DNA of 64,000 nucleotides, taken from NCBI GenBank assembly GCA_964396055.1, contig CAYNDV010000003.1, positions 14,423 to 78,422 of the forward strand, read 5' to 3'. The notes under the pieces were generated by a model. That model saw nothing but the letters and a program-made list of their open reading frames with translations, made no database searches and was not told the DNA's origin. The position numbers were made by a program, and so were the translations under genes. Each line of letters begins with the position of its first letter. The first letter of the stretch is position 1. Positions 1 to 9,622 of the stretch are shown one piece after another. Source of the DNA: an uncultured Vicinamibacterales bacterium (GTDB taxonomy: Bacteria > Acidobacteriota > Vicinamibacteria > Vicinamibacterales > JAKQTR01).

Positions 1-2391
1 CGCCTGCAACCGGCGGATACGCCCGCGATGGGCCGCGTAGGCCGAGCCGGACACCAGCCCGAGGGCGACCACCACCGCCAGCGTCAGGAACCAGACGGTC
101 TGATAGACGTGCGGCCGCAGCGTGACGTCCACGGCCGCTCCCGTCGCGCTCCAGTCGCCGTCGCGCGGCCTGGCCGACACGACGAACCGGTAGCGGCCCG
201 GCCGGATGTTCGTGTACCGCGCCTCACGCGACTTCCCGGCCGCCACCCAGCCGGGGTCCGAGCCTTCCAGGCGATAGCGGAACTCGATCTCTCCGGCCCC
301 GGTGAAACTCGGGGCCGTGTAACGGAACACCAGCGTGCCGCGGCCCTGCGGCGCGTCGAGCGGCGCCACCGTCGTGTAGGTCCGGTCGTTGACGGTGACG
401 CCCTCGATCCGGACCGGGAGCGTCAGGACAACGGCGCGCACCGTCGACGGATCGGCTTCCACCACGCCGCCGAGGGTCGCGAACCAGACACGGCCGTCCC
501 GGCTCGTCATGGCCACCGGATGGTGGCTCAGGGCGCACTGCGTGCTGGGCAGACCGTGCTCCAACCCGAAGACCTCGGCGGACACGCGGGGCACACGCCC
601 GTCCGCAACCGCGTGCAGGTCATCGCGGCGAACCGCGAACACCCCCCGGCCCGACGCCATCCAGAGACGGCCTGTCGCATCCGCCGTGATGCCGTAGATG
701 TAGTTCTCGTGCAGGCCGTCGAGGGCCCGGATCGACGCGAGGCGCCCGTGGGCGAGCCGGCTCAGGCCGCGCCGCGTGGCAATCCAGAGGACCCCGTCGG
801 GGTCTCGCAGCAGCGCCTGTACGTTGTCGTCGGCCAATCCCTCACGCGTCGTGTACCGCGTGACGCCGTCGTCACGCAGGTGCAGGAGTCCACTGCCCCG
901 GGTGCCGATCCAGAGCCCGTCGGCGCCGCCGCACACGAGGGCCCGCACATCGCCCGTCGACGCCCCCGGCGGAACGGTCTCGACTCCATTCGGGTGCACG
1001 CGTACGACGCCGTTCGCGTTGGTGCCGACGACCATCGCGCCGTCGGCCTCCGGGCACATCACCCGCACGTGCGTGCGCAGTCCCGCGTGGCGGCCGATGG
1101 GTTCGAAGCGTGTCGGGAATCGGCTGGCCCAGGGAGAAGCGGGACCGGCCGATCGGTACAGGCCCGCCTCGGTGCCGACCCACAGGCGGCCGGACCGGTC
1201 CTCGGCCAACGACGAAATCGCCCGGTCCGGCAGCCCGCTGGCGGCGGCGAATGACACCATCCGGCGATCCGACATCGCCACGAGTGCCGTGCCGCTGGCA
1301 GCCCAGATCGTCCCGTCGGACATCTCGAAGACGGCCGTGGCCGTTTTCGAGGGCAGGCCGGCGGCAGGATCCCACACCCGGAAGAGCGCCCGCTGCAGCC
1401 GGACCAGGCCGTAGCCGCGAAACCCGACCCAGATGCCGCCTTCGTTGTCCTGCCCCACCGTGGTGACGTCCACGCCGCTCAGGACGCTGGTGAACCGCAT
1501 GTGTGCGCCGGGTTCCCCGATCGAGTGGTCCAGCCCGTTGCTGGTGCCCACCCACAGCCGTCCGTCGGCGTCTTCCCGCACGGTCTGGACCGCCCGCGAC
1601 GACAGGCCGTGAGCGGGTCCGAACGCCACGGCGCCGCCGGGCGACACCAGGAGGAGGCCGTGTGAGGTGCCCGCCCAGAGGCGGCCTGCCCGATCGTGGG
1701 TGAGGGCATCCACCTGCACCGGTTCCCCGCCGGGCAGCAGGGGCACGGCTGAGAACCGGCTGCCGTCGAAACGCTGGAGGCCCGCGCGGGAGCCGACCAG
1801 GACGGCTCCGGCTGCGTCGATGGCCAGACTGCGCACGCCGGCGTCGGCCAGGCCGTCGCGCGTGGTGAAGTTGGTGAACACGCCCCCCGCATACCGGCTC
1901 AGGCCGCGGTCCGTGCCCACCCACAGGGTGCCGTGCCCATCGACGGCCAGGACCCTCACGAGGTCGTCCACGAGGCCGTCGGCGGCGGTCAGCGTCCTGA
2001 AGGCTCCCAGGTGGTAGCGTCCAAGTCCGCCGCCGTTCACGGCGATCCACAGGGCCCCGTCGGCCGCCTCGGCAAACGAATAGATCTCCCCCTCGGGCGG
2101 GGCGGATGGCTCGCGGCCGGTCCACACGGTGAATGTCAGTCCGTCGAATCTGGCGGCCCCTCCCCGCGTGCCCACCCAGAGGTAGCCGTCGCGGGCCTGA
2201 TGCAGGCTGATCACGCGATCGTGGGGCAGGCCCTGGCCCTGACGCCACGCGCCGGCGACGGTCCACTCGAGTTCCCCGGGATGCCGGACGGTCGAGATCT
2301 GCGCCGTCGTCGTCTGTGGCACCGCGGCCAGCATCATCACGGCGAGCATCGCCCGTCGGAGCGCGCCGGCGGTCGTCTGAGGACAGGTCAT
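1..2391 (-). CDS. Periplasmic sensor protein (partial). It has two-component-regulator propeller repeats, a Y_Y_Y domain and a TM helix. The output domain lies off-window.
   Basis: Hand translation of the reverse strand from ATG (2391-2389) is open to position 1. The ORF is absent from the track because it has no stop in the window. N-terminus is MTCPQTTAGALRRAMLAVMMLAAVPQTTTAQ (signal-like). The propeller motif recurs (LWVGTRGGAARFDG, LWVGTDRGLSRY, LWIGTRGSGLLHL, LWIATRRGLSRL). It is followed by EFRYRLEGSDPGWV...RYTNIRPGRYRFVV (Y_Y_Y-like) and the hydrophobic stretch VWFLTLAVVVALGLVSGSAY. GC3 is near saturation. Confidence 0.85.
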   Translation of the reverse strand, partial: MTCPQTTAGALRRAMLAVMMLAAVPQTTTAQISTVRHPGELEWTVAGAWRQGQGLPHDRVISLHQARDGYLWVGTRGGAARFDGLTFTVWTGREPSAPPEGEIYSFAEAADGALWIAVNGGGLGRYHLGAFRTLTAADGLVDDLVRVLAVDGHGTLWVGTDRGLSRYAGGVFTNFTTRDGLADAGVRSLAIDAAGAVLVGSRAGLQRFDGSRFSAVPLLPGGEPVQVDALTHDRAGRLWAGTSHGLLLVSPGGAVAFGPAHGLSSRAVQTVREDADGRLWVGTSNGLDHSIGEPGAHMRFTSVLSGVDVTTVGQDNEGGIWVGFRGYGLVRLQRALFRVWDPAAGLPSKTATAVFEMSDGTIWAASGTALVAMSDRRMVSFAAASGLPDRAISSLAEDRSGRLWVGTEAGLYRSAGPASPWASRFPTRFEPIGRHAGLRTHVRVMCPEADGAMVVGTNANGVVRVHPNGVETVPPGASTGDVRALVCGGADGLWIGTRGSGLLHLRDDGVTRYTTREGLADDNVQALLRDPDGVLWIATRRGLSRLAHGRLASIRALDGLHENYIYGITADATGRLWMASGRGVFAVRRDDLHAVADGRVPRVSAEVFGLEHGLPSTQCALSHHPVAMTSRDGRVWFATLGGVVEADPSTVRAVVLTLPVRIEGVTVNDRTYTTVAPLDAPQGRGTLVFRYTAPSFTGAGEIEFRYRLEGSDPGWVAAGKSREARYTNIRPGRYRFVVSARPRDGDWSATGAAVDVTLRPHVYQTVWFLTLAVVVALGLVSGSAYAAHRGRIRRLQA

Positions 2392-2448
2392 GGCATCCTC
2401 ATGGGCCCTTCCGCTCGATCGGCCCGCTCAGGAGTGCGCTCCGGGGGT

Positions 2449-2616
2449 TCACCACGCGGCCCCTGGGGCCGGCGCCATGCCGGCCATCTCGGCCACCGCG
2501 GTGAAGAACTCCCGCTTCCGCGCGGACGACAGCCCCCAGTTCACCGGGACGCTCTGGTAGCCCTCGTCAAACCCCTCGCCGGCCCGTCGGAAGTCGAAGA
2601 ACCCCCACGACGTCAT
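2449..2616 (-). CDS. Candidate 55-aa small protein, 57 nt upstream of the sensor gene (below the ORF-track length cut-off)
   Basis: Hand translation gives MTSWGFFDFRRAGEGFDEGYQSVPVNWGLSSARKREFFTAVAEMAGMAPAPGAAW*. 52 of 55 codons end in G/C, like genuine genes here. It has balanced, non-Arg/Pro-rich composition. No obvious Shine-Dalgarno sequence and no family recognised. Confidence 0.3.
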   Translation of the reverse strand: MTSWGFFDFRRAGEGFDEGYQSVPVNWGLSSARKREFFTAVAEMAGMAPAPGAAW

Positions 2617-2771
2617 GTCCGGGGAGCATAGCAGGGCCGGACGTGGTGGACCACCCCTGGGGCTCCTGCGCGAACCCGGCCCCCGGGGATGCGCCTGGCC
2701 GCAGGACGCCCTCAGGCCGAACGGCCGGTTCCGTTCGTCTAATCCGGTAGTCCCGGCGGAAGGGAGAGTTC

Positions 2772-3401
2772 ATGCGCCGCGTTCGCCGATACACGCTCGT
2801 CGCCCTGATTCTCGCAGCCCTGGCCGCCGGCGGCATCGCCGTGTCCGGCTACGGCAGCCGGGCCGTGTCGCTGGTCCGGGCGCTGGCCTGGAACCTCGAC
2901 ATCGACGCGGCCATGGACGTCGCGGGGATCGCCCCCGGCATGGTGGTCGGCGAAGCCGGCGCCGGTGACGGCTACTTCACCCTGCCGATGGCTCGGCGGG
3001 TCGGCGCATCGGGGGCCGTTTACGCCAACGACATCAGCGCCCGGGCGCTGCGGCAGCTCGCGGAGCGGGCCCGGCGCGACGGGCTGGCCCACGTGCACAC
3101 GATCGAAGGCGACATCGACGATCCCCGATTTCCCCGGCGCGATCTCGACCTGGTCGTCATCGTCCATGCGTTCCACGACTTCAGCCAGCCCGTCTCGTGG
3201 CTGCGCAACACCAGGAAGTACCTGAAGCCCGGCGCCGCGGTCGCCATCATCGACCGCGACCCGGCCCAGGGCGCCGAGGGCCATTTCTGGACCCGGGAGC
3301 GGATTCTCGGCTATGCCGCCGATGCCGGGTTCGAGCCGGTGAAGGTCGTCGACGGCATCTCGAAGCACCTCATCATCGTCCTCAGGCCGGGCCGCGGCTG
3401 A
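2772..3401 (+). CDS. Class I SAM-dependent methyltransferase with an N-terminal hydrophobic anchor
   Basis: Track ORF of 209 aa. Hydrophobic LVALILAALAAGGIAV is followed by motif-I-like VVGEAGAGDGYFT, then VYANDIS and DLVVIVHAFHD. Confidence 0.75.
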   Translation: MRRVRRYTLVALILAALAAGGIAVSGYGSRAVSLVRALAWNLDIDAAMDVAGIAPGMVVGEAGAGDGYFTLPMARRVGASGAVYANDISARALRQLAERARRDGLAHVHTIEGDIDDPRFPRRDLDLVVIVHAFHDFSQPVSWLRNTRKYLKPGAAVAIIDRDPAQGAEGHFWTRERILGYAADAGFEPVKVVDGISKHLIIVLRPGRG

Positions 3402-3542
3402 CGGGCGATGCTCCCGCGGATCTCCCGTCCGGGCACGCTTGCCGACGGCGGCGAGTGCTGCTAGTCTGCCCTCGCCCCCTGCGCCCGATCGGGGCGAAGG
3501 GCCGGCCGCAACCCACGCGGCCCCTGGAACGGGAGTCATACG

Positions 3543-4811
3543 ATGCATACGCCGGAACAGACACGACGGGATTTCCTGAAGGCCGTCACCGCGGCCACCG
3601 CGGTATCGTTCGTGGCGCCACGGGGCGTCGACGCCATCACCCAGCGGCGCAGCCTCGGCGCCAACGATCGTATCCGGATCGGCATCATCGGCTGCGGCAG
3701 CCGCGGCGTCGGGACCGAGATGGACAGCGTGCACAAGCACGCGCAGGCCGAGAACCTGGAAGTGATCGCCGTGTACGACCCCTGGCGCGTGGCCAGCGAG
3801 GAGGCGGCGGGCAAGGCGAAGGAGTGGTTCGGCACCGCCGCGCGGCAGTGCCGCAGCGTGGACGAACTGCTGGGCCTCCGCGAGGTCGACGCGGTGTTCA
3901 TCGCGTCGCCCGACCACTGGCATGCCGCCCACCTCGAGGCCGCCGCGAAGGCCGGCAAGCACATCTACGTCGAGAAGCCGATGGCCAACGAGATCGGCGA
4001 GCTGAACCGCGCCTACAAGGCGGCGAAGGCGTCGGGCGCCATCATCCAGGTGGGCACGCAGCTGCGCAGCACGCCCATCGCGGCGGGCTGCCGCGAGCTG
4101 CTCAAGTCGGGCAAGCTCGGGAAGATCTCGCGGATCGAGCAGATCCGCAACAGCGACAAGCCGTACTGGTACCAGTACCTCAAGCCCGACGTGAAGGCGG
4201 CGGATCTCGACTGGAAGACCTTCACCAAGGGTCGCACCAGGAAGGCGTTCGACCCGATCCTGTACTCGGGCTGGTACGGGTACTGGGAGTTCTCGCAGGG
4301 CCCGGTGCCCCAGTGGGGCGTGCATTTCCTCGACCTGGTGCACTTCATCGCCGACCTCGGCATCCCGCAGACGTGTGTGTGTCTCGGCGGCGTCTACACC
4401 TGGAGAGACGACCACCGCTTCACCGCCCCGGACCAGGTGCAGGCGCTCTGGCACTATCCCGAGGGGCTGATGATCAGCTACTCGACCAACTTCGGGAACA
4501 GCGCCGGTAACGTCACGCGGTTCGGCGGCGACAAGGGCATGCTCAGGCTGGACTGGTCGAACGCGACGTACACCGCCGATGGCGGCATCAACCGCGACGG
4601 TTCGATCCGGGGCGAGAACAAGATCGAGCCAATCGAACAGACCGACCACTGGGTGAACTGGTACCGGTGCATGCGCGACGGCAGGACGCCGCACGCGTCA
4701 CTCGACACCGGCTATCAGCACTCGGTGGCCAGCATCATGGCGACGATGTCCTACGAGACGGGCCGCCGAGCCCGGTTCGACGCCGGCAAACGCACGATCA
4801 CCCTCGACTGA
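3543..4811 (+). CDS. Gfo/Idh/MocA-family oxidoreductase with a twin-arginine (Tat) signal
   Basis: Track ORF of 422 aa. Tat motif in MHTPEQTRRDFLKAVTAATAVSF. Rossmann motif IRIGIIGCGSRG. SPDHWH and GKHIYVEKP are family signatures. Confidence 0.85.
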   Translation: MHTPEQTRRDFLKAVTAATAVSFVAPRGVDAITQRRSLGANDRIRIGIIGCGSRGVGTEMDSVHKHAQAENLEVIAVYDPWRVASEEAAGKAKEWFGTAARQCRSVDELLGLREVDAVFIASPDHWHAAHLEAAAKAGKHIYVEKPMANEIGELNRAYKAAKASGAIIQVGTQLRSTPIAAGCRELLKSGKLGKISRIEQIRNSDKPYWYQYLKPDVKAADLDWKTFTKGRTRKAFDPILYSGWYGYWEFSQGPVPQWGVHFLDLVHFIADLGIPQTCVCLGGVYTWRDDHRFTAPDQVQALWHYPEGLMISYSTNFGNSAGNVTRFGGDKGMLRLDWSNATYTADGGINRDGSIRGENKIEPIEQTDHWVNWYRCMRDGRTPHASLDTGYQHSVASIMATMSYETGRRARFDAGKRTITLD

Positions 4812-4840
4812 CGGTCTGGGGCCCGGATCCGAGGTTCTTC

Positions 4841-6028
4841 ATGTCCACTCACGATGTCGATCGGCGTCGGTTCCTGATGAGCGTGGCGGGGTCGGCGGCG
4901 GGCGCGGCGATGCTGCCGGCGGTGACGGCCGCCGGCGGGCCCTTCGGCGACAGCGACGACCAGACGGTGAGCCGCGGCGATGCAGGCGCCTCCGCCGTCA
5001 CGCAGCCCAAGGACCCCCTGCTCAGGTTCGCGGTGATCGGGTTGAACCACGGTCACATCAACGCCCAGACCAACGCGATCCTGAAGGCCCGCGGCGAACT
5101 CGCCTGGGTGTACGCCAGGGAGCCCGAGCTCGCGCAGGCTTTCCTCAAGCAGTACCCGTTCGCGAAGCTGGCGCGGAGCGAAGACGAGGTGCTGCAGGAC
5201 GCCAGCGTCAAGCTGGTGGTGAGTGCGGCCATCCCCGACGAGCGGGCGCCGCTCGGCATCCGCGTCATGCGGCACGGCAAGGACTTCATGTCCGACAAGC
5301 CCGGCGCCACCACCCTCGAGCAACTGGCCGAGGCGCGCCGGGTCCAGGCCGAGACCAAGCGCATCTACTCGATCATGTACAGCGAGCGCCTCGAGAACCG
5401 GGCGACGGTGCGGGCAGGCGAACTCGTGAAGGCCGGCGCCATCGGCCGTGTGCTCCAGACCGTGGGCCTGGGACCGCACCGCATGAACCCGAAGACGCGG
5501 CCCGCGTGGTTCTTCGAGCGCGCCCGCTACGGCGGCATCCTGTGCGACATCGCGTCGCACCAGGCCGACCAGTTCCTCTACTTCACCGGCTCGACGCAGG
5601 CCGAGGTCGTGGCGTCGCAGGTCGGCAACCTGAACAACCCCCAGTACCCGGGCCTCGAGGACTTTGGCGACGCCCTGGTCCGCGGCAATGGCGGCACGGG
5701 TTACATCCGCGTGGACTGGTTCACGCCCGACGGGCTCGCCACGTGGGGCGACGGCCGGCTGACCGTCATCGGCACCGACGGGTTCATCGAGATCCGGAAG
5801 AACATCGACATCGCCGGACGACCGGGCGGCAGCCACCTCTTCCTGGTGGACCGGAAAGAAACCCGCTACATCGACTGCGCGGACGTCGTGCTGCCCTACG
5901 GCGAGCAGTTGGTGGCGGATATCCTGAACCGCACCGAGACCGCGATGCCGCAGGCGCATTGTTTCCTGGCCACGGAGCTGATCCTGAAGGCCCAGGCGCA
6001 GGCGCGGCGGATCACTGCGTCAGCTTGA
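4841..6028 (+). CDS. Gfo/Idh/MocA-family oxidoreductase with a Tat-like signal
   Basis: In-frame ATG at codon 59 of track ORF 4667..6028 gives MSTHDVDRRRFLMSVAGSAAGAAML. LRFAVIGLNHGH (Rossmann) and KDFMSDKPG follow. The upstream 58 codons overlap the previous gene and look non-coding. Confidence 0.8.
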   Translation: MSTHDVDRRRFLMSVAGSAAGAAMLPAVTAAGGPFGDSDDQTVSRGDAGASAVTQPKDPLLRFAVIGLNHGHINAQTNAILKARGELAWVYAREPELAQAFLKQYPFAKLARSEDEVLQDASVKLVVSAAIPDERAPLGIRVMRHGKDFMSDKPGATTLEQLAEARRVQAETKRIYSIMYSERLENRATVRAGELVKAGAIGRVLQTVGLGPHRMNPKTRPAWFFERARYGGILCDIASHQADQFLYFTGSTQAEVVASQVGNLNNPQYPGLEDFGDALVRGNGGTGYIRVDWFTPDGLATWGDGRLTVIGTDGFIEIRKNIDIAGRPGGSHLFLVDRKETRYIDCADVVLPYGEQLVADILNRTETAMPQAHCFLATELILKAQAQARRITASA

Positions 6029-7487
6029 GCACCCACGCCGGCTGACCGAGCAGCGCTTCCGGGAGGGCCGGGAGCTCGATCGTGATCGTGCTCCCGGCCT
6101 TCGCGAAGCGGAGCGGGCCCGCCGCCCCGAGCAGCGTGGCGGCCTTCGGGCTGAGCGCGCCCGCGTCCTTCCACACGAACCGCGCCCCCGGCCATCGCGG
6201 CAGGATGGCGTACACCGCGTCGCCCTTCTTCGTGAAGAACGCCTCGATGGACGCCTTGCCGGCCGCCGGGGCCCGGGTGAGTTTCGAGACGTCGTACGCC
6301 GAGTCGTATTCCTTGTTGTAGTCGATCGAGGGCACCTGCCCCTCGCTCCACTGCTTGGCGACCGTGTGGGGCCGCGTGCCGTAGATGGCCTCGCCGTTCA
6401 CGCCGAGCCACGCGCCGATCTCGGCCAGGCGCTGCTCCATGATGACGGGTATCGTGCCGTCGGCGTCGGGTCCGATGTCCAGCAGCAGGTTGCCGCCCCG
6501 GCTCACGATGTCGACGAGGATCGTCACGAGTTCACGGCCCGTGCGGTAGTGTTCGAGACGCTCGGCGCGGTTGTAGCCGTACGAGAACCCCATCCCCCGG
6601 CTCTCTTCCCACGGGTGCGACGTGTCCGCCATGCCGGGCGTGTACTCGGTGGTCCAGTACCCGCCGTGGCGGTGGCGGCTGTCCTTGCCCCATCGGTCGT
6701 TGATGACGACCTCATCCTTCACGGCCGACTCGTTGAAGAGCCAGGCCAGCAGTTCCGGGCTCTTCCACTCGGCCGACGGCAGGTCCCACTCGCCATCCGC
6801 GAAGATGATCGAGGGCTCGTAGCGCGTGACGACGTCCTTGAACTGCGGAAACAGGTGCTCGCGCACGTAGCGCGGCTTATCCGCCAGCCAGAGCGGGTTG
6901 TACCACTCGTAGAGCGAGTAGTAGAACCCCATCTTCAGGCCCTTCGCGCGGACGGCCTTCGTCAGTTCGCCCAGCAGGTCGCGCTTCGGTCCGATCTCCA
7001 TCGCGTTCCAGGGCCGCCCCCACGTGGCCGACGCGTCGCGGCTGGGCCACAACGCGAACCCTTCGTGGTGCTTCGACGTGGGCACCACGTACTTCGCGCC
7101 GGAGGCGCGGAAGACCTCGGCCCAGTGGTCGGCATCGAACAACTCGGCGCGGAACTGCGGCGCGAAGTCCGCATACGCGAACTCCGGTCCGTACTGTCGC
7201 CGGTGATACTCCCACGTGCCCGCCTGGATGGGGCTGGGCTTCGGGCCCTTGCCGCCGGTCAGCGCGTTCCAGTACCACTCGGCGTACGCCAGCTTGCCCG
7301 GCAGCACGGGCGCATAGGCGGGCACCGAGTACACGCCCCAGTGGATGAAGATGCCGAACTTCGCGTCCTGGAACCACGCGGGCGTCGGGCGCCCGTCAAT
7401 CGACTCCCACGTCGGCTGATAGGGCTGGGCCGCCGCCGCCGCCGTCACACCCAGCACCGCCGCCAGCACGATCATCGTTTGTCGCAT
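6012..7487 (-). CDS. alpha-L-fucosidase, GH29 family
   Basis: Track ORF 6012..8504 is a read-through. The in-frame ATG at 7487 gives signal peptide MRQTMIVLAAVLGVTAAAAAQ, then AKFGIFIHWGVYSVPAY and TSKHHEGFALWPS (GH29 hallmarks). Confidence 0.85.
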   Translation of the reverse strand: MRQTMIVLAAVLGVTAAAAAQPYQPTWESIDGRPTPAWFQDAKFGIFIHWGVYSVPAYAPVLPGKLAYAEWYWNALTGGKGPKPSPIQAGTWEYHRRQYGPEFAYADFAPQFRAELFDADHWAEVFRASGAKYVVPTSKHHEGFALWPSRDASATWGRPWNAMEIGPKRDLLGELTKAVRAKGLKMGFYYSLYEWYNPLWLADKPRYVREHLFPQFKDVVTRYEPSIIFADGEWDLPSAEWKSPELLAWLFNESAVKDEVVINDRWGKDSRHRHGGYWTTEYTPGMADTSHPWEESRGMGFSYGYNRAERLEHYRTGRELVTILVDIVSRGGNLLLDIGPDADGTIPVIMEQRLAEIGAWLGVNGEAIYGTRPHTVAKQWSEGQVPSIDYNKEYDSAYDVSKLTRAPAAGKASIEAFFTKKGDAVYAILPRWPGARFVWKDAGALSPKAATLLGAAGPLRFAKAGSTITIELPALPEALLGQPAWVLKLTQ

Positions 7488-7513
7488 GCCGCCACTCCTC
7501 CGGCGCAACCGGG

Positions 7514-8176
7514 TCAATCCATCTCCCACAGGCGGAACCCGCCGGCAAACGCGTTGGCGTTGGCGCCGGCTCGGCACCCCTCCGGCAGGCTCGCCAGCTT
7601 CTTGACGTTGCCGCCGCCCAGCACGACGTCGTCCACCAGGAACGCCGCGACCAGCTCGCCGACGACCTTGGCGACCGCCCGCCTCCAACGGGCCCGGCCC
7701 AGGGCCTCGACGCCGCGGGTGCCGAGGTAGTCCTCGATCGTCTGCTTGCCGTAGGGAAAGTGGCCAAGCTCCATCGGGACGGCATGCCCGTTCACCACGA
7801 GGGCGGTGCCGAGGCCCGTGCCCAGGCCGAGGAACAGCATCGTGCCGCCGCGGTAGCTCCCGAGCGCCTGCATCACGGCATCGTTGACGACCCGCACCGG
7901 CCGGCGGAACGCCGCGCGGAAGCTGAAGCCGATCCAGCCCTTCCCCAGGTTGAACGGCTCGGCGGCGATACGCCCGTTGTGCACCACACCGGGGTACCCG
8001 ATGGCCACCGCGTCGTACTTCCAGTCCTTCGTGATCGCCTTCACGCCGCTCACCATGCGGCGCGGCGTCAATCGCGGACCCGACGGGAACTTCCGCGGCT
8101 CCTGCTCGCCGCTCAGGAGCACCTTGACGTTGTTCCCGCCAATGTCGATGACGAGCACCTTCTTCGGTGGTTTCAT
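7514..8176 (-). CDS. ROK-family sugar kinase, short polyphosphate-glucokinase-like form
   Basis: 220 aa. Motifs VLVIDIGGNNVKV, GYPGVVHNG, VVNDAVMQALG and LGLGTGLGTALV. Confidence 0.7.
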   Translation of the reverse strand: MKPPKKVLVIDIGGNNVKVLLSGEQEPRKFPSGPRLTPRRMVSGVKAITKDWKYDAVAIGYPGVVHNGRIAAEPFNLGKGWIGFSFRAAFRRPVRVVNDAVMQALGSYRGGTMLFLGLGTGLGTALVVNGHAVPMELGHFPYGKQTIEDYLGTRGVEALGRARWRRAVAKVVGELVAAFLVDDVVLGGGNVKKLASLPEGCRAGANANAFAGGFRLWEMD

Positions 8177-8280
8177 GGGAGCCTCCCTGTTCGCGGCCGG
8201 CCGCGTCCCGGAGAGTGTGCCACAGGATCCTGCGCCGCGCCCGGGTGAACTTTCGGCCGGGGATCGTCGTTACACTCTGT

Positions 8281-9534
8281 ATGGCCATGGCCCGGCAGAC
8301 CCTTCCTCTTTCCGTGCGGATCGGCGTCCAGACGCTGCGGGCAAATCCGATGCGCACGAGCCTGTCCACCCTCGGCGTCGTGATGGGGGCCGCGTCCCTC
8401 GTGGCCGTCCTGTCGGTGGGTGACGGTGCCGAACGTTTCGCGCGCGAGCAGATCGAGCGCCGCGGCCTGCAGGTGGTGGCGGTCGTGGCGAAGACCGCCG
8501 ACACGGTGGACGGCCTGCAGGTGCCCCGGGCCGACTACCCGCGCTTCACGCCCGACGACCTGCGAAGCCTGGCCGGCGCGGTGGGCCCGGGCACCGAGGT
8601 GCTGCTCACCATGGACGGCACCGGCCCGCTCACGCTGAAGGGACAACCTCGCGCCGCGCTGGTCCAGGGTCTCGACGTCGCGCACCCGCGCCGGATGAAC
8701 CTCCGCATCTGGAAGGGCCGGGCCTTCACGCCCGATGAGCTGGCGGATGGCGCGCCGGTGGCGGTCGTCGGGATGGCGCTGGCCACGCAGCTCGCCACCG
8801 AGGACAAGCCCGAGGACGCGCTCGACCGTGAACTGCCGTTCGCCGCCGGGCCGCTGCGCGTCATCGGCATCCAGGAGCCGCTGGCCGGCGAGCGGGTGCT
8901 CACGGTGACCGTCCCCTTCGCCCGGGCCGAGGCGCTGATGGTGCACGCCCCCCTGCCCCGGGCCCGCATGCTGGTCCTGAACCCCGCGCGCGTGGAGGAC
9001 GTCGTCGCCGTGAAGGGCGCCGCCGAGCAGTGGGCCGGCCGCCGGAACCCCGAGTGGCTCAGCCGCAAGCAGGTGACGATCGCCTCACAGGGCCTGGATC
9101 GCCTCCTGGCCATGAACCAGGGCATCCTGATCTTCAAGATTCTCATGGGCGCCTTCACCGCGATTTCGCTGATCGTCGGCGGCATCGGCATCATGAACGT
9201 GCTGCTCGCGTCCGTCGCGGAGCGCACGAAGGAGATCGGGGTGCGCAAGGCGGCGGGCGCCCGCCGACGCGACATCGTCGTGCAGTTCCTTGCCGAGTCC
9301 GTGGTCATCGCGACGGCGGGGGTGACGATTGGCGCGGCGCTCGGGATCGCGGGCGCCTATTTCGTCACGTGGATCATGCGGAAGCAGACGCTGGCGCTCG
9401 TGTACGCCGCCGTCACCTGGCAGACGCTCGCGGTGGCGATGGGCGCCGCCGCGGCCGTGGGACTGATCTTCGGCCTCTATCCCGCCCTGAAGGCCGCCCG
9501 GTTGTCGCCCGTCGAAGCGATGCGCTACGAATGA
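8281..9534 (+). CDS. ABC transporter permease, MacB/FtsX type, with no adjacent ATPase
   Basis: In-frame ATG at 8281 gives MAMARQTLPLSVRIGVQTLRANPMRTSLSTLGVVMGAASLV. A large periplasmic domain follows. C-terminal FtsX motifs are GGIGIMNVLLASVAERTKEIGVRKAAGA and YPALKAARLSPVEAMRYE. Confidence 0.8.
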   Translation: MAMARQTLPLSVRIGVQTLRANPMRTSLSTLGVVMGAASLVAVLSVGDGAERFAREQIERRGLQVVAVVAKTADTVDGLQVPRADYPRFTPDDLRSLAGAVGPGTEVLLTMDGTGPLTLKGQPRAALVQGLDVAHPRRMNLRIWKGRAFTPDELADGAPVAVVGMALATQLATEDKPEDALDRELPFAAGPLRVIGIQEPLAGERVLTVTVPFARAEALMVHAPLPRARMLVLNPARVEDVVAVKGAAEQWAGRRNPEWLSRKQVTIASQGLDRLLAMNQGILIFKILMGAFTAISLIVGGIGIMNVLLASVAERTKEIGVRKAAGARRRDIVVQFLAESVVIATAGVTIGAALGIAGAYFVTWIMRKQTLALVYAAVTWQTLAVAMGAAAAVGLIFGLYPALKAARLSPVEAMRYE

Positions 9535-9622
9535 CCGGCGCGGACCCGCCGCCGGGGGCCTGGTGCCGCCCAGCGCAGGACGGCACCGGGCCCACGGCGT
9601 GTGCCCGCTGGTGCAGCGGTGC

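Noticed and set aside
28-2266. Long track ORFs 28..1254(+), 776..1414(+) and 872..2266(-), among others, over the first 2.4 kb
   Set aside because: Their translations are Arg/Pro/Gly/His-rich and low in complexity. They lie off-frame or antisense to the clean propeller/Y_Y_Y reading frame, which is open from 2391 to the window edge.
2739-4694. 651-aa minus-strand ORF spanning the methyltransferase and first oxidoreductase genes
   Set aside because: It is antisense to two genes with clear family motifs. Its composition is typical of a high-GC shadow ORF.
6012-8504. 830-aa ORF taken as a single protein
   Set aside because: Only the C-terminal 491 aa (from the ATG at 7487, with a signal peptide) look like GH29. 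The upstream part is Arg/Gly-rich and overlaps the real ROK kinase gene in another frame.
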